This document shows, in pieces, positions 40,327-56,329 of a stretch of DNA of 64,000 nt. Source of the DNA: the human T2T-CHM13v2.0 reference genome, Homo sapiens. Made by a program: the position numbers and the translations under genes. Position 1 is the stretch's first letter; each line of letters starts with the position of its first letter. Below the pieces are notes generated by a model that saw nothing but the letters and a program-made list of their open reading frames with translations, did no database searches and had not been told where the DNA came from. The stretch lies in assembly GCF_009914755.1 (NCBI RefSeq), contig NC_060938.1. One strand, written 5' to 3'.

Positions 40327-40529
40327 TAAAGTAGACACTATTAGTATCCTTATTTTACAGGTGAGAAAATGAGATTTGTAGCAACTGGATACTTTGCATA
40401 GGTTATAAAACTAATAAGCCATTGTCCTGGGGTTTGAATCCAGTTCTGTTCAACCCTAGAACCAGAGTGCTTAACAATAAGCTAGGGACTTATATTGTCA
40501 GTAAGCACAGGACTAGGAGTCTCATTGGG

Positions 40530-41253
<724 letters not shown>

Positions 41254-41782
41254 CTGCTAGATGAGATTTGCTAGTACAACTTGTGCCCTCCCTAGAACCT
41301 CTTTATACTAACTGCTTCCTCTACTAGGAATGCTCACCTCCCTTATTTTATGCATTGCTGGCTCCTTCTTGCTGTTTAGATCACAGCTGAAATGTCACCA
41401 TCCATCAGAGAACCTACTCTTGACCATCGATTTGTGGTAGCTATTGGCCACCTTCAGTAATATCACTCTTTTAAATACCCTTTGTCTGGGTACAGTGGCT
41501 CATGCCTATAATCCCAGCACTTTGGGATGCTGAAGCAGGAGGATTGCTTGAGGCCCAGAGTTTGAGACCTTGTCTCACTATGTTAAAAATTTTTTTAAAT
41601 GAGCTAGATGTGGTAGCACGCACCTGTAGTTCCAGGGGAGACTGAGATGGGAGGATCTCTTGAGCATAGGAGTTTGAGGTTGCAGTGAGCTGTGCTCATG
41701 CTACTGCATTCCAGCCTGTGTTACAGAGCAAGACCCTGTCTCAAAAAAAGAAAAAATCTTTCATATACTACTTACTACTGGT

Positions 41783-42135
41783 TGTCTTAGTCTCTCAGAC
41801 TACTGTAACACAATACCATAGATTAGGTAGCCTGTAAAGAACAGAAGTGTATTTCTCACAGTTCTGGAGTCTGGGAAGTCAAGATGAAGGTGTTGGCGGA
41901 TTCATTATCTGGTGAGGGCTCTCTTTCTGGTTGGTGTCTACTCACTGTGTCCTCACATGGTGGAGGGGGAAGGCAGCTCTGTGGGACCTCTTTTATAAGG
42001 GCACCAGTCCCATCCATGGGAGCCACACCACCATGATCTAATCACCCAGAAGCCCCTACCTCCTGATATTATCACATTGCTGATGAGGTTTCAACAAATG
42101 AATTTTGAGGGGACACAAACATTCAGACCATAGCA
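41783..42135 (-). mobile_element. MaLR solo LTR (MLT1A-like)
   Basis: TGTCTTAGT...TTTCTCACAGTTCTGGAG...ACATTCAGACCATAGCA; perfect 5-bp TSD CTGGT (41778-41782, 42136-42140). Confidence 0.85.
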
Positions 42136-42689
42136 CTGGTATTGTCATGTTTACTTATGTATGCATTTGTCTGTCTCTTTCACCTTCCTTATTGAACATA
42201 AGCTTCCTGAGAGCATGAATAAGCCTTTCTGTCTTATTCATCATTGTATCCCCTGTTCGGTACCTAGAACAGTGCTTGGCATGTTGCAGGCACTGAAATA
42301 TTTATTGAATGAATAAATGAGTGTATACTTTGTTGCCTTTTTGTTTGTATGCTATCCTTGATTATTGGTGAGAATGATAACTTCACAGTCTATAAAGCAT
42401 TTACATAGAGCACTTTAGTTGAGCTTTATGGGAGGTAAGGTCAGGCAGTCATTTATTGTTATTGTTCCTACTTTATGGAAGAAGAAATGGATTCAAGGAC
42501 ATAGATAATAATTGATAGGATTATTAATAATTGATAGGACAAAGACTTGTGACTTTGTCCAGCTTTTACTCCCTGCATTAACCTGAAGCTGCCATCCCAG
42601 CAGTTCTGAGTTTAAAATAGACCAACTCATGTTTGGAGCCTTTTTAGAGGTTGAGATTGCTCCAACAGTGCATATTTTGCCTTTTGTAC

Positions 42690-42860
42690 GATGATCTGTG
42701 TGACTTTGAGCAGGTTGTTTAACCTCTCAGAGCCTCGGGTTTCATTTTTTGTAAATAGAGATGAGAATATCTGTCCTGCCTACTTCACTGTTTTTTTAGG
42801 ATTAGTGAGATAATTATATAAACACTCTTTCAGAAATGGTAAGGTACTGTCAAATGTAAG
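42690..42860. mobile_element. MIR SINE remnant
   Basis: TGTGACTTTGAGCAGGTTGTTTAACCTCTCAGAGCCTC...TGTAAAT core. Confidence 0.75.
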
Positions 42861-43633
42861 ATATTTCTTTTAGTTATACAAGGATATACCAAAGGGCTGC
42901 AACTGACTCATTCTACTATCTCTCACATGTGACTTGCTAATTGACTGCTGTTTTCTTTCATCTGGAGCCCTGCAAGGATAAGGGGGAACTGGGTAAGAAT
43001 GAGGAAAGGAGAGCAGCCTTAGAGAGACCAGAGAGAGATTACTGGGAGAGCAGTGTGGGAATTTTCAAAGGTTGAAGAGACTCTGGGGAGAAGGGAAAGC
43101 AGATACAGGAGCTCAGCATTTTCCATCCCTTTGTAGATGTGCAGACTATGTCTGCTCTATTAGACAGCATTGACTCATTAGGGCTCCTTAGCCTGACTAG
43201 AATTTAGAGGGTAGCCTGAATGGGAAAAATATTTCACTTTAAAAAATTTATTTATTTATTTTACTAACTTCTGACATTTAACATGTTCCTCAGTTATGAA
43301 TATAGACATCACAATAATAATGGGACCTGTGGCAATTATCAATGAAAATCACAGACATTTTTTCCTTTTTTTTTTTTGAGAGGGTCTCCCTGTCACCCAG
43401 GCTGGAGTGCAGTGGTGTGATGTGGGCTCACTGCAACCTCCATCCCCGGGCTCAAATGATCTTCCCATCTGACTTTCTCAGGTAGATGGGTCTACATGAA
43501 GCTTGGCTAATTTTTAATTTTTTTTTTTTTTTTTTGTGGAGACAAAGTCTCACTATATTATAGCCTAGGCTGGTGTTGAATTCCTGGGCTCATGCGAACC
43601 TCCCACCTCGGCCTCCCAAAGCATTGGGATTAG

Positions 43634-43984
<351 letters not shown>

Positions 43985-45896
43985 TGATCTGCCCGCCTCG
44001 GCCTCCCAAAGTGCTGGGATTGCAGGCGTGAGCCACTGCGCCTGGCCCCATTAGATCTTGTTATTCAATATGTAATTAAGAAATTTTTGAAAAGTTATAG
44101 TTATTTAGTATAATACAACTGTACTTTAATGTAGAATTTTTTTTTTTTGGAAACCGGGTCTCACTGCAGCCTTGACTTCCTGGGCTCAAGTGACCCTTCT
44201 GCTCTGGCCTCCCAGAGTCCTGGGATTATAGGTCTGAGCCACCATGCCTGGCCATAGATTTCTTTTATAGATTTATGCATTTAAAAACTATTGGGGCCAG
44301 GTGCGGTGGCTCATGCCTGTAATCCTAGCACTTTGGAAGGCTGAGGTGGGCGGATTATCTGAGGCAGGAATTCGAGACCAGCCTGACCAACATGGTGAAA
44401 CCCCTTCTTAAAATACAAAAACTAGCTGGGCGTGGTAACAGGCACCTGTAATCACAGAAACTTGGGAGGCTAAGGCAGGAGAATTGCTTGAACCTGGGAG
44501 GCGGAGGTTGAGTGAGCGGAGATCCGCGCCGTTGCACTCCATCTTGGGTGATAGAGCAAGACTCCGTCTCAAAATAAAAAATAAATAAAATAAAAATTAT
44601 TGGGGCTGAGGTGGGAGGATTGTTTGAGGCCAAGAGTTTGAGGCCAGCCTGGGCAACACTGTGAGACCCCCATCTCTGCAAAAAATTTTTAAAAATTATC
44701 GGGCATTGTGGCACGTGCCTGTTGTCCCAGCTACAAGAGGCTGAGGTGGGAGGATCACTTGAACCCAGGAGGTTGAGGCTGCAGTGAGTCATGGTCACAC
44801 CACTGCACTCCAGCCTGGGCAACAGAAACCCTGTCTCTAAAACAACAAAAAACAGTTGTAAGGAGTCCATGGCACAGAAAGTTTAAGCACCCTGATTTAG
44901 GTAAGTCTTCCCTTAACTTCTTTAGTATCTCATGTGTGATTGAATATAAGAAGGGTGACTAGTTTCTTATGTCCTGTGAAGTGTAACTTTTAGCTCCATG
45001 AAGAGCTCTCTTGTGGTACTTTCACTCAGCAGTTGCTCATCTAGAATTCTAAGCTGGCCATGCTTTTTGCTTCATTTTTCTTCTTCCTGATCATTCTTGC
45101 TGCCCTAACTAGAGGGCAGAATACAAGAACCACTCCACAAGGTGGACTCTGTTCCATTTGGTTCAGATAGTAGGTGATGACAGTGTAATATTTGTCTCAA
45201 TTGCAGCAGGAACTTTAGAGAAGATTTAATAAGGTGTCATTTGAATTCAGATGGTGGGTCAGCTGAAAGGGGAGGGGATTCTAAACCAAGAGAACTAGAA
45301 GTTCAAGGCCTAAGGATGTGGCAGCTGCTGGCTCCTTCTGGGAGTGTGAGCTGCAGTGTGAGGGCTGAAGCTTGTGCAAGGCTTGGGGAGGGTAGGATTA
45401 TCTTCCTTAGTGGTGGTCATTTAAATGTTGGCCTCTTTTAGAATTCTTAGTATGATTTAAAAAGTGTGTCTTAAAATGTATTTTCTTTTGGTGCTAGTTC
45501 CAAAGTAATGTACTACATTAGTGTATTGTCCTCCTTTAGGGCTGAAGTCATCAGATTGTATCAGTGCTGTCTCGGGGTGCTATCGCTTCCCTTCCTTTCT
45601 CAATGTTTTCAGCCCCTGCCTCACTGCCACTGTCTCAAGCATTACCCCTGTTCCAGTGCAGTGAGCAATCATTATAACGCCCCTCGTATACACACTCGAT
45701 CCCAGTCTTGGCTAAAGTGAATCCTCTGCCTACTGCACATCTGCACGTGTGCCCTGCATGTGGTTGAAGGATAGCACATCTGTGCTGCCTACACTCCCCT
45801 AAGATTCAGAACCATCACCTTGGAGGGGTGCATGGTGCTGACAAGCAGTTGCACCACACTGACCCCACCCTTCTAGATGACAATTTTTTTTTTTAA

Positions 45897-46001
<105 letters not shown>

Positions 46002-46914
46002 TGAGTAGCTGAGATTACAGGCATGTACCACCACGCCTGGCTAATTTTTGTATTTTAAATAGAGACGGGGTTTCACCATGTTGGTCAGGCTGGTCTCAAA
46101 CTCCTGACCTTATGATCCGCCCACCTTGGCCTCCCAAAGTGTTGAGATTACAGGCATTAGCCACTGTGCCCAGCCTAGATGACAATTTTACAACTTTGTC
46201 CTCAGATCTTCAATAACCTACTTCCCTATCCTTATTCTTAGTTGATGACTGTACTTCTTATTTCACTTAGAACAATTAAACAGTCAAAAGAGAATTTCTC
46301 CAGATTTCTACCCTCACATCTCAGCTTCTGTCTGTACCGGATGCCTTCCCTTCTATTGTTAAGGAAGAGCTCTGCCCCTGTCTAAAGTCACCTCCCCGAC
46401 TCGTTCGCTAAATCCCACCTCATTTTGGCTAATCGGTATTCTCTGTTTCCTACAAACGTGTCGCTGTTTCTCTCATTTTAAAACAGTTGTCAGGGGGAGA
46501 GACTCTTTCTGACACCCACTCATTTTCTTTCTTTTTTTTTAAGGCAGGGTCTCTCTCAGTCACCCAGACTGTAGTGTAGTAATGTGATCAAAGCTCACCG
46601 CAACCTTTAACTCCTGGCCTCAAGCGATCCTCCCACCTCACACTCCCAAGTAGCTGGGACTAAAAGGGTGCTCCACCACACCCCTGGCTAATTTTTACAT
46701 TTTTTGTAGAGATGGAGTCTCACTATGTTACCCAGGCTGGTCTTGAACTCCTGGGCTCCAGTGGTCCTGCTTCATCCTCCCAAAGTGCTGGGATGACAGG
46801 CATGAGCCACCGCACCCAGCCCACCCACTCATTTTCTATGGGTCATGTGCCTCCAGTTGCTGCTGGCCCATTTCTCAGCTACTTCTTAGAGCAAAGCACC
46901 TCTAGTTGTTTAAA

Positions 46915-47082
46915 TTGTCTCAGCCCTCAAAGTGTGATCCACAGAGCTACATCAGCATCATCAGCGGTCACCTGGGAGCCTGTTGGAAGTGCAGAATATT
47001 GGCCCCATTTACTGAATTAAATCTGCATTCTAAGACAATCCTCAAGTGTTTCAGGTACACACTAAAGTTGAAGAGGCACTGG
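46915..47082. mobile_element. hAT-Charlie MITE (MER5-like)
   Basis: CTCAAAGTGTG...CACCTGGGAGC...TACTGAAT...TAAAGTTGAAGAGGCACTGG. Confidence 0.7.
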
Positions 47083-47199
47083 TCTTTACTAGCTTTCTTT
47101 GATTGTTTCACCGCCTCTTAAAACTTAATCCAGCTGGGTGCGGTGGCGCACGCCGGTAATCCCAACACTTTGGGAGGCTGAGGTGGGCAGATTGCTTTA

Positions 47200-47466
<267 letters not shown>

Positions 47467-48334
47467 TTAAGACCAGGAATTTGAGACCAGCCTGGGCAAC
47501 ATTGTGAGACCCTGTCTTTACAAAAAATTTAAAAACTAGCCAGGCATGGTGGTACACATCTGTAGTCCTGCTACTTGGGAGGCTGAGGCGATAGGATGGC
47601 TTAAGCCCAGGAATTCAACGCTTCAGTGAGCTATGATCATACCACTGCACTCCACCCTGAGTAACAGAGCGAAACCCTGTCTCTAAAAACAAACAAAAAA
47701 CTTGAATGCGCTCAAATTATTTCTTCTTGCTATCTGTTTTAAGTGTACAATTGAATGATTTTTAGTAATTTATTGAGTTGTACAATTATCACTGTAGTCT
47801 AGTTTTAGAACAGGAGAGATTGGTTTTAAAATTTAATTTTATATTTCAATTATGCAGAACATTTACATGGTTGCAGCATATAGAACAAGGTTATATTCAG
47901 AGAGGTCTGTCTTCTAGTCCTGTCCTCCTTCCCCCTCCTAGCTCCCTTCCTCTAACTATAGATAATATTTTATTTGTTTTTGACTTATTCTTTTGTTGTT
48001 ACACGAATAAGACAACATTTGAGCAGAGATGGGAAGGAATTGAGGGAACATACTGTGTATGGTATTTTACATCTTGTTTTTTCTGCTTAATGATCTATAT
48101 TGGAGATCTTTCCATTTTAGTAAAAGAGAGCTTCACTCTTTCTTGTCATTGCTTTGTACTCCATGCTGTGGATGTACCATAATTTATTTGACGACATCAC
48201 TCTTGATTGATTGATGATCCCTTTAAAAAATATGAATAATGGCCGGGCGCGGTGGCTCACGCCCATAATCCCAGCACTTTGGGAGGCTGAGGCAGGTGGA
48301 TCACAAGGTCAGGAGATCAAGACCATCCTGGCTA

Positions 48335-48571
<237 letters not shown>

Positions 48572-48698
48572 TCACATGTATGATAAATTTCCAGAGGAGG
48601 ATCATTTCCTCACATGTATGATAAATTTCCACATGTATGATAAATTTAACCTCACATGTATGATAAATTTCCAGTGGATACACTGGGTCAAAGCATAA

Positions 48699-48908
<210 letters not shown>

Positions 48909-49164
48909 TAGCACCATGCTCAGCTATTTTTTTTTTTTTTTAAGACAGGATCTCTCTCTGTCACCCAGGCTGGAGTGCAGCGGTGCGATCATGGCTTACT
49001 GTAGCTTCAGCCTCCTGGTCTCAAGCAACTCTTTGACCTCAGCCTCCTGAGTAGCTGGGACTACAGGCTCGAGCCACTGTGCTCGTTTAATTTTTGTGTT
49101 TTTTGTATAGACAGGGTTTCGCCATATTGCCCATGCTGGGTTCACTAGTGTGTTTTAGCATTTA

Positions 49165-49600
49165 GCATACTTAGGAATGTTGTGGTTTACAAGTAACAGG
49201 AAACCCATTCAAACTGTTTAAATTTTAAAGGGGTGTATTGGTGTATGTCACTGAAAATTCCACAGGTACAGTGGGCTTCAGGCATGGTTTGATTGGGATG
49301 CCAGCTCCGTTTTGCTGAGATTCCATTGGTTCTGCTTTCTACCGTGTTTCAGCCCGGTTTAGGTGGCAAAACAGTGGTGGAAATGTTAGGCTTCACATCA
49401 CCGTACCACATAGACCAAAATGAGAGCTAATATCCAGGATGAGAATGAACAGCTCTTCTAATCAGGCTGTCATAAAAATAAGGAAGCTTATTTTATAGAA
49501 GCCTTTACCAAACCTCCTTCTTTGACTTGTTGTTCCAAATTGGATTAACCAGCCCATTCCTGCGGCCAAGGAAATACACACTGGTTAACCCAGTCTTTAC
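49165..49600. mobile_element. Possible old MaLR LTR (MLT1J/K/L-like)
   Basis: CAAGTAACAGGAAACCCATTCAAACTG and GGCTTCAGGCATGG resemble old MLT1 LTRs; ends not resolved. Confidence 0.45.
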
Positions 49601-50641
49601 TAACCCATACCTTTAGCAAAGAGATTGGATTACCCAACAACTTGATTGCTCTGGAGACTACTTTGGAGTTGGGGTATGAGATAGTAGATAGGAGAATGAT
49701 CTGTAAGTAGATATTGGATAAGCGAGTAAGAAATGCAAACTACACTGAGGTCTTGCACTGGTCTAGGTTTTGGGACCCAGATGTAATAGACATAGTTCTT
49801 TTCTCGAGACAAGCTCATAGGAGAACCGGTACAGCAGGGAATACAACACACTGGAATTGGCACATTGAGTGCACCTTTGACTGCATTGTACTGTTTCGTG
49901 GTTTAAACCTGTCTTTCCTTTGCCCTTGCTGTTTGACTACTATGATTGAGCTGCCACCTTTTCACACAATATTGGAATTTTTTGTTTGAATCTCTGTTTA
50001 CCCTACTGGACTGTGAATCTTGAGGGAAGAAACCATATCTTATTGATCATATCAATAAGTGCCTGTACGTAGTAGGCACATTATGTTCATTTTTAAGTTG
50101 AACAAAATTGGAACTAATTTGTTGAAATTATAGTCCTCCAACAAGGACTCACTTGAATACATCAGATAATCTTTCTTTCTTTTTCTCTCTCTCTCTTTCT
50201 TTCTTTTTCTTTCTTTCTCTTGCTCTCTCACGCTCTCTCGCCCTCTCACACTCTCTCGCTCTGTTGCCCAGGCTGGAGTGCAGTGTGATCTCAGCTCACT
50301 GCAACCTCTGCCTCCTGGGCTCAAGCCAGCCTCCCACAGTCTCCCAAACAGTTGTGACTACAGGTGTGTATCACCATGCCCAGCTAATTTTTGTGTTTTT
50401 TTGTAGAGACAGGGTTTTGCCGTGTAGCCCAGGCTGGTCTTGAATTACTGGACTCAAGGTATCTGCCTGCCTCAGCCTCCCAAAGTGCTGGGATTACAGG
50501 CGTGAGCCACCTTGCCAGGCCCTTAGATAATCTTTCAAAATCCCTTTCACAAGCCAAAATTATCTGCTGGTGACTGGAACTCACAGACAGAGGCTTGCTA
50601 GCCCTTTTGCATTGATTGAGAGGCTTTTCAAAATTAATCAT

Positions 50642-51313
<672 letters not shown>

Positions 51314-52509
51314 GTCACAACCTCCAATCTTATGTTGTTAGAATTCTTTTGGGATAACCCAGAAGGAAGCTTTACATAGTGTCTTCATTGCCTGAAACTA
51401 GCTTTGTTTGGAAGTTTTGCTTTCCCTATCCTGGTGTCCTGGAGAAAATGCTTGCACTCTCCCTTCCAGAAGCAGGTGGCTTTGCTGCTGTCTCTACTTC
51501 TTTCCCATTAGTTGCAAGAATTACACTACTCCTTACATTGCCTTTTTCCTCCCTTTAAATTATAGAATCGGTGTACACGTAGTTAGCAAGACTGAAGGCA
51601 TTATTAGCTCAGCTAATTTAAAAATGATGGCTGTTGTGCTCAGGGCTTTCCTTGATGTGGCAGCAGTCTGACTTTGCCAGGGAGCTCAGAGAGTATCTCA
51701 CAAGTTGAGCTGGAAAGGGCTTCACAGAACCCTGACTGATACACTGGAAGTGCCACATTAGACCAGGCTTTGGTCCATTTGCCACTCCTGGCATCCCTTT
51801 GGAGCCTCTACCCTTAGACTCATGACACCTTTCTCTCTCTTCCTCATGGCCATATATTGACTTCCCAGCCACTTTTAATCATTGAAGACTCCAGTGCCTG
51901 ACTCACAGCCTTCCTTTCCACTCCAGTTCCCGCCATCATCTTGGGTGGTTTCATCTTCATCACATGACCCAGGAAGTACCTTGGCTGCTAGCTTTCTTGG
52001 CTTCCATGTCCACCCTACTAATCTCCTCTAGTCCACCTCTGGCACTCTCTCCCACAGTGACATGCGGGATCTTGTCATCAGCTGAAATGGTTTAGCTCCA
52101 AAATCGCTAATTCAGATAGAAACAGCCTTCTACTGCAATATGGCCTTGCTTCTCACTGCTCTAATTTCTCCAGGATACTGATGACTCAACTTCATGTTGC
52201 CAGATCCATTGGACACCGCTTGGCCCACAACTTCCTTGACCTCTCAGCAGCATTTGACACAATTGATCATCTTCTCTTTATTGAAACATTCTTTGTCTTG
52301 ACATTTTAACCTCAACTTTTTTTTATACATTTTTGACCCACTCAGTACTTCACCTCCTTTGCTAGTTCTTTCTACTCTACCTAGAATTTAACTATCGGAT
52401 TTCTTTAATTGCTCAGTCCTCTTCCCTTTTCTTTTCCATTATAAGTTTCTGCTATATCAGAAGTCATATTTCCTTTTTGTTCCTAAAATTGTTTCTTGTG
52501 CCTTTTCTC

Positions 52510-52926
52510 CATCACCAAAGGAAAAACTATTTATTGCAATAAATTAATACAGCAGGTATTCCTGTGAAAGCGCAAGTTAGTTTGTTAGGGCAATTAAAAC
52601 TTCTACGACATATGCTCCGGCAGAGTTCCGTCTCTGCCACTGGCAGCTTAAGATCTGCCTTCTTGAGAGTGGTTTTTGCCAGTTCCTTTTCCCACTCAGT
52701 TGCCTTTTGCTTTCTGGACCACCTGTTTCCAGTCGTGGGTGTGGTCATTTTTGGGTGGAACTGTGGCTCTCCCCTCCTCAGCTCCAGTCATGGGTGTGGT
52801 GATATTTGGGTGGAACTGTGGCTCTCCCTCCTCAGCTCCAGAGCTCCTGTGCACTGTCATTTTTCTGCTGCTGCTTGGGTGGCTGCTGGGTTCAGTCACC
52901 AGCTTTAGCTTCACCCCTTCATTCAT
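52510..52926 (-). pseudogene. HYPK: Degenerate processed pseudogene (retrocopy) of HYPK
   Basis: Minus-strand frames give EGVKLKLVTEPS..SGAEE..GNRWSRKQKATEWEKELAKTTLKKADLKLPVAETEL..PEHM/VVEVLIALTN* (stop 52579-52577). Recalled HYPK: EGDVELELETETS..SGA..AEE..GDRRSREQKAKQEREKELAKVTIKKEDLELIMTEMEI..REHMGNVVEALIALTN*. Intronless, frameshifted, with AATAAA at 52535-52530. Confidence 0.85.
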
Positions 52927-53197
52927 ATTTTAATTTTTTTCTTGAACAGACTTATAAGAGTTTGTCAATTAAAATTTTTTTCAAAGAGTCAGCTAGTATC
53001 TGCTTTCTGTTTTGTGAATGTCATCTTTATTTCCTTTCTTTAGGTTTACTCTGTTCTTTTTCTAGCTTACTGAATTGAAAACGTGTTCATCCTTTCTTGC
53101 TTTTTAATGGTGGCTCAAGGCTGTAACATTCCCTCTAAGTGTTGTTTGAGGAGCTTCTTGTATGTTAGCTGTGTGGGTATAATCATTGTGGTATTAA

Positions 53198-53413
<216 letters not shown>

Positions 53414-56329
53414 TAGCTAATTTTTTATTTTTTTTTAGTAGAGACAGGGTTTCATCATATTGCCCAGGCTGGTCTCCAACTCCTGGGCTCAAGCAGTCTG
53501 CCTGCCTCGGCCTCCTGAAGTGCTGGGATTACCGGCATGAGCCACTGGACCAGGCCTAGTTTGTTATTTCCATTTTTATTCTCTCCTTAATCTTTGAGTT
53601 CTAAGCAAGTGATTTTCTTTTTTTTAAAGACAGGGTCTCACTTGGTCACCCAGGCTGGAGTACAGTGACATCATCACGGCTCACTGCAACCTTCGCCTCT
53701 TGGGCTCAAGTGATTCCCCCATCCCCCACCCCCCTTCTCACCCCCAGATTGGACTATAGGCGTGTACCACCACGCCTGGCAGAGACCGGGTTTTGCCGTT
53801 GCCCAAGCTGATCTCGAACTCCTGAGCTCAAGCGATCTGCCCGTCTCAGCCTCCCCTAAGCAAGCATTTTTAAGTTTCTATGCTGTTTAATTTTTTTTAA
53901 CTGATTAATTTATTTGCATTGTGTGGTCATGGAATATGTTTTTATGATATTGGTTGTTTGAGATTTGGTGAGTCTTTCTTTGTAACCTAGTTAAACCATT
54001 CCATATCTTTTTAAAAGGATGTATATTCCTTATCTGTTAGGCTGAAGGTGACATATATCTGTGCATGCATGTTTGATGAAGTTTGTAATACTGTTCACAT
54101 GTCCATATCATTACTATTTTTATGACTGCCCCTCTTATTTATCAGTTTCTGATAGATGTGTTATAAATATCTCATTGTGATTCTGGACTTGACAGTTTCT
54201 CTTTGCCAGTTTTGCTTTATATTAAATTCAAAATTGTTAGTCTGTGCATTGTTCTTTGTGTTGGTATACTATACTCTTCATTATCTCTATTTGTTTTTGC
54301 CCTAATTTTGTTTTGAGGATTGGACAGTTTATTTTGGTTACTATTTGCATGGAATGTCTTTATATGCCTTACTGTCTTGTCACTCATGAGACTGTCTTTT
54401 CCTTTACCTCACTCCCTCCACCTACTTTCACTCTATCACTAATTCCTATTGATTTTCTCTCTGAAGTATATATCTTGACTACATCTGCTTTTGTTTTCAC
54501 TGCCCTCACTCATCTCACCTGGGCACTGTACAGCCTCTGACTGGTCTCCTGGTCCACTGTTGCTCCCTCTAATCTATTCTCTGGAGAGCAGTCAGTGATC
54601 TTTAAAAATGTGAATCGGATTGTCACTCCCAGGCTTGAAAATCTTTCAGTGGTTCCTGTTGCTTTTAGCATGAAAGACTAAATTCCTAACACAGCGTACA
54701 AGCCCTGCATGAAACTACCCCTTGCCTACCTTATCAGTCACTCTTCCCTTCATTATATCTTTCTGACTTGCTGGCTTCCTTTTAATTCCTCTCACAAACC
54801 TTAACCTTTTTTGACATAGATTCTTCTTCTTATTTATTTATTTATTTGACACAGGGTCTTGCTTTGTCTTCCAGGCTGGAGTGCAGTGCTGCAGTCATAG
54901 CCCACCGGTAACCTCAAACTCCTTGGGCTTAAGCTATCCTCCTGCCTTAGCCTTCCAAGTAGCTAGGACTGTGGACATGTGCCGCCACACTCGGCTAATT
55001 TTTTTCTTTCTTATTTTTTTAGAGACAAGCTCTCGCCATGTTGCCCAGGCTGGTCTCTAATTCCTGGCCTCAAGCTGTCCTCCTGCCTTGGCCTCCAGAG
55101 CACTGGGATAATAGTTGTGAGCCACTGTGCCCAGCCTAGATTCTTCTTAATATACTGTTTCCTTTGCCTGGAATGTGCTTCTATTCCTCACTCTCTGCCC
55201 CTTCATCTGTTTAACTCCTACTCCTTGAAATCTTAGCTCATATGTAATTTTGTCCAAGCGTTTTACCCTGACCTTCAGACTAGATCCGGTCTCCCTGTTA
55301 CCGTCTACCAAGTCGCCTCTCTAATGCATGCCACGGTAGTAATTAAATAAGAAATTGAAATGTAATGTCTCTTTACTCCCTACCCACCAAACTAGATTGC
55401 AGACTATTGAGGGCTGATTTTATCTGATTGATTGCTGAACTCCTGTCTATTCTGCATGCTAGCTCAGTGCCTTTGATGCATTATAGGTACTTCATAAATA
55501 TTTGAATGAATGGATAAATATACAAGGGACTTTGTCATTTACTTATTGACAGTGGGCAGACTGCTATGGTAAGCATATTGTATGCAGTAGGTATTTGGTT
55601 AAATATTTTCAATGAACAGTTGTTCGCCTGATCTTTCTCATCTGTGTTTGGTGACATGATATATTTAAAGAACAGCAGGTGGTTATTTGTACCCCTCATT
55701 TCTCTCTACTGTATTTCTCTCTTCCCCCCACTTCCCATACATCTCCCATATCTTACCATAGCACTGGTAACAAACAGGTACAGGCATGAAAGAAAGACCT
55801 GAGAAATCTGCCTAGTTTAGGAGCTTTTTTAGAAGGCAAGCCTGTTAATCATTCAAATCACTAAATCAGTTTGCTGTGTGGGAATTTTTTCTTAATTGGC
55901 AGCAGTAAAAAGGAAAAATTTTTCCCCCCAAAGATAAAAATAGAGTAGTTTATTGTAGAAAATTGGAAAACTCAAGGAAGAAAAAAACTCCATATCCCAC
56001 AGCTGTTAGTAATTTGGTATTTTTACCTGTCAGTCTTTTTTTTTTGGTGTTCAGTTATATATTTTAAGCATAATTTAGGTCCCTAGTACCGAGTATTATG
56101 CCTGGCACGGTGTAGGTGCTCAGTAGTTAGAGAATGAACCCAAGTATGTGTTTTTTCAATTTTAAAATGGCTGCAGCTTCACAGTTTGGTATGTAGATGA
56201 GCATTGCTTTTTTTTGATGGTGTTCATAACCTGTTTTAGAGTAGTTGAACTTTATATGAAGGTGTGACTTTTAAAAAATGAGCCCATTAGATCATTGTAA
56301 AAAGTTGTTTGGGTTAAATATTTTTGGAG

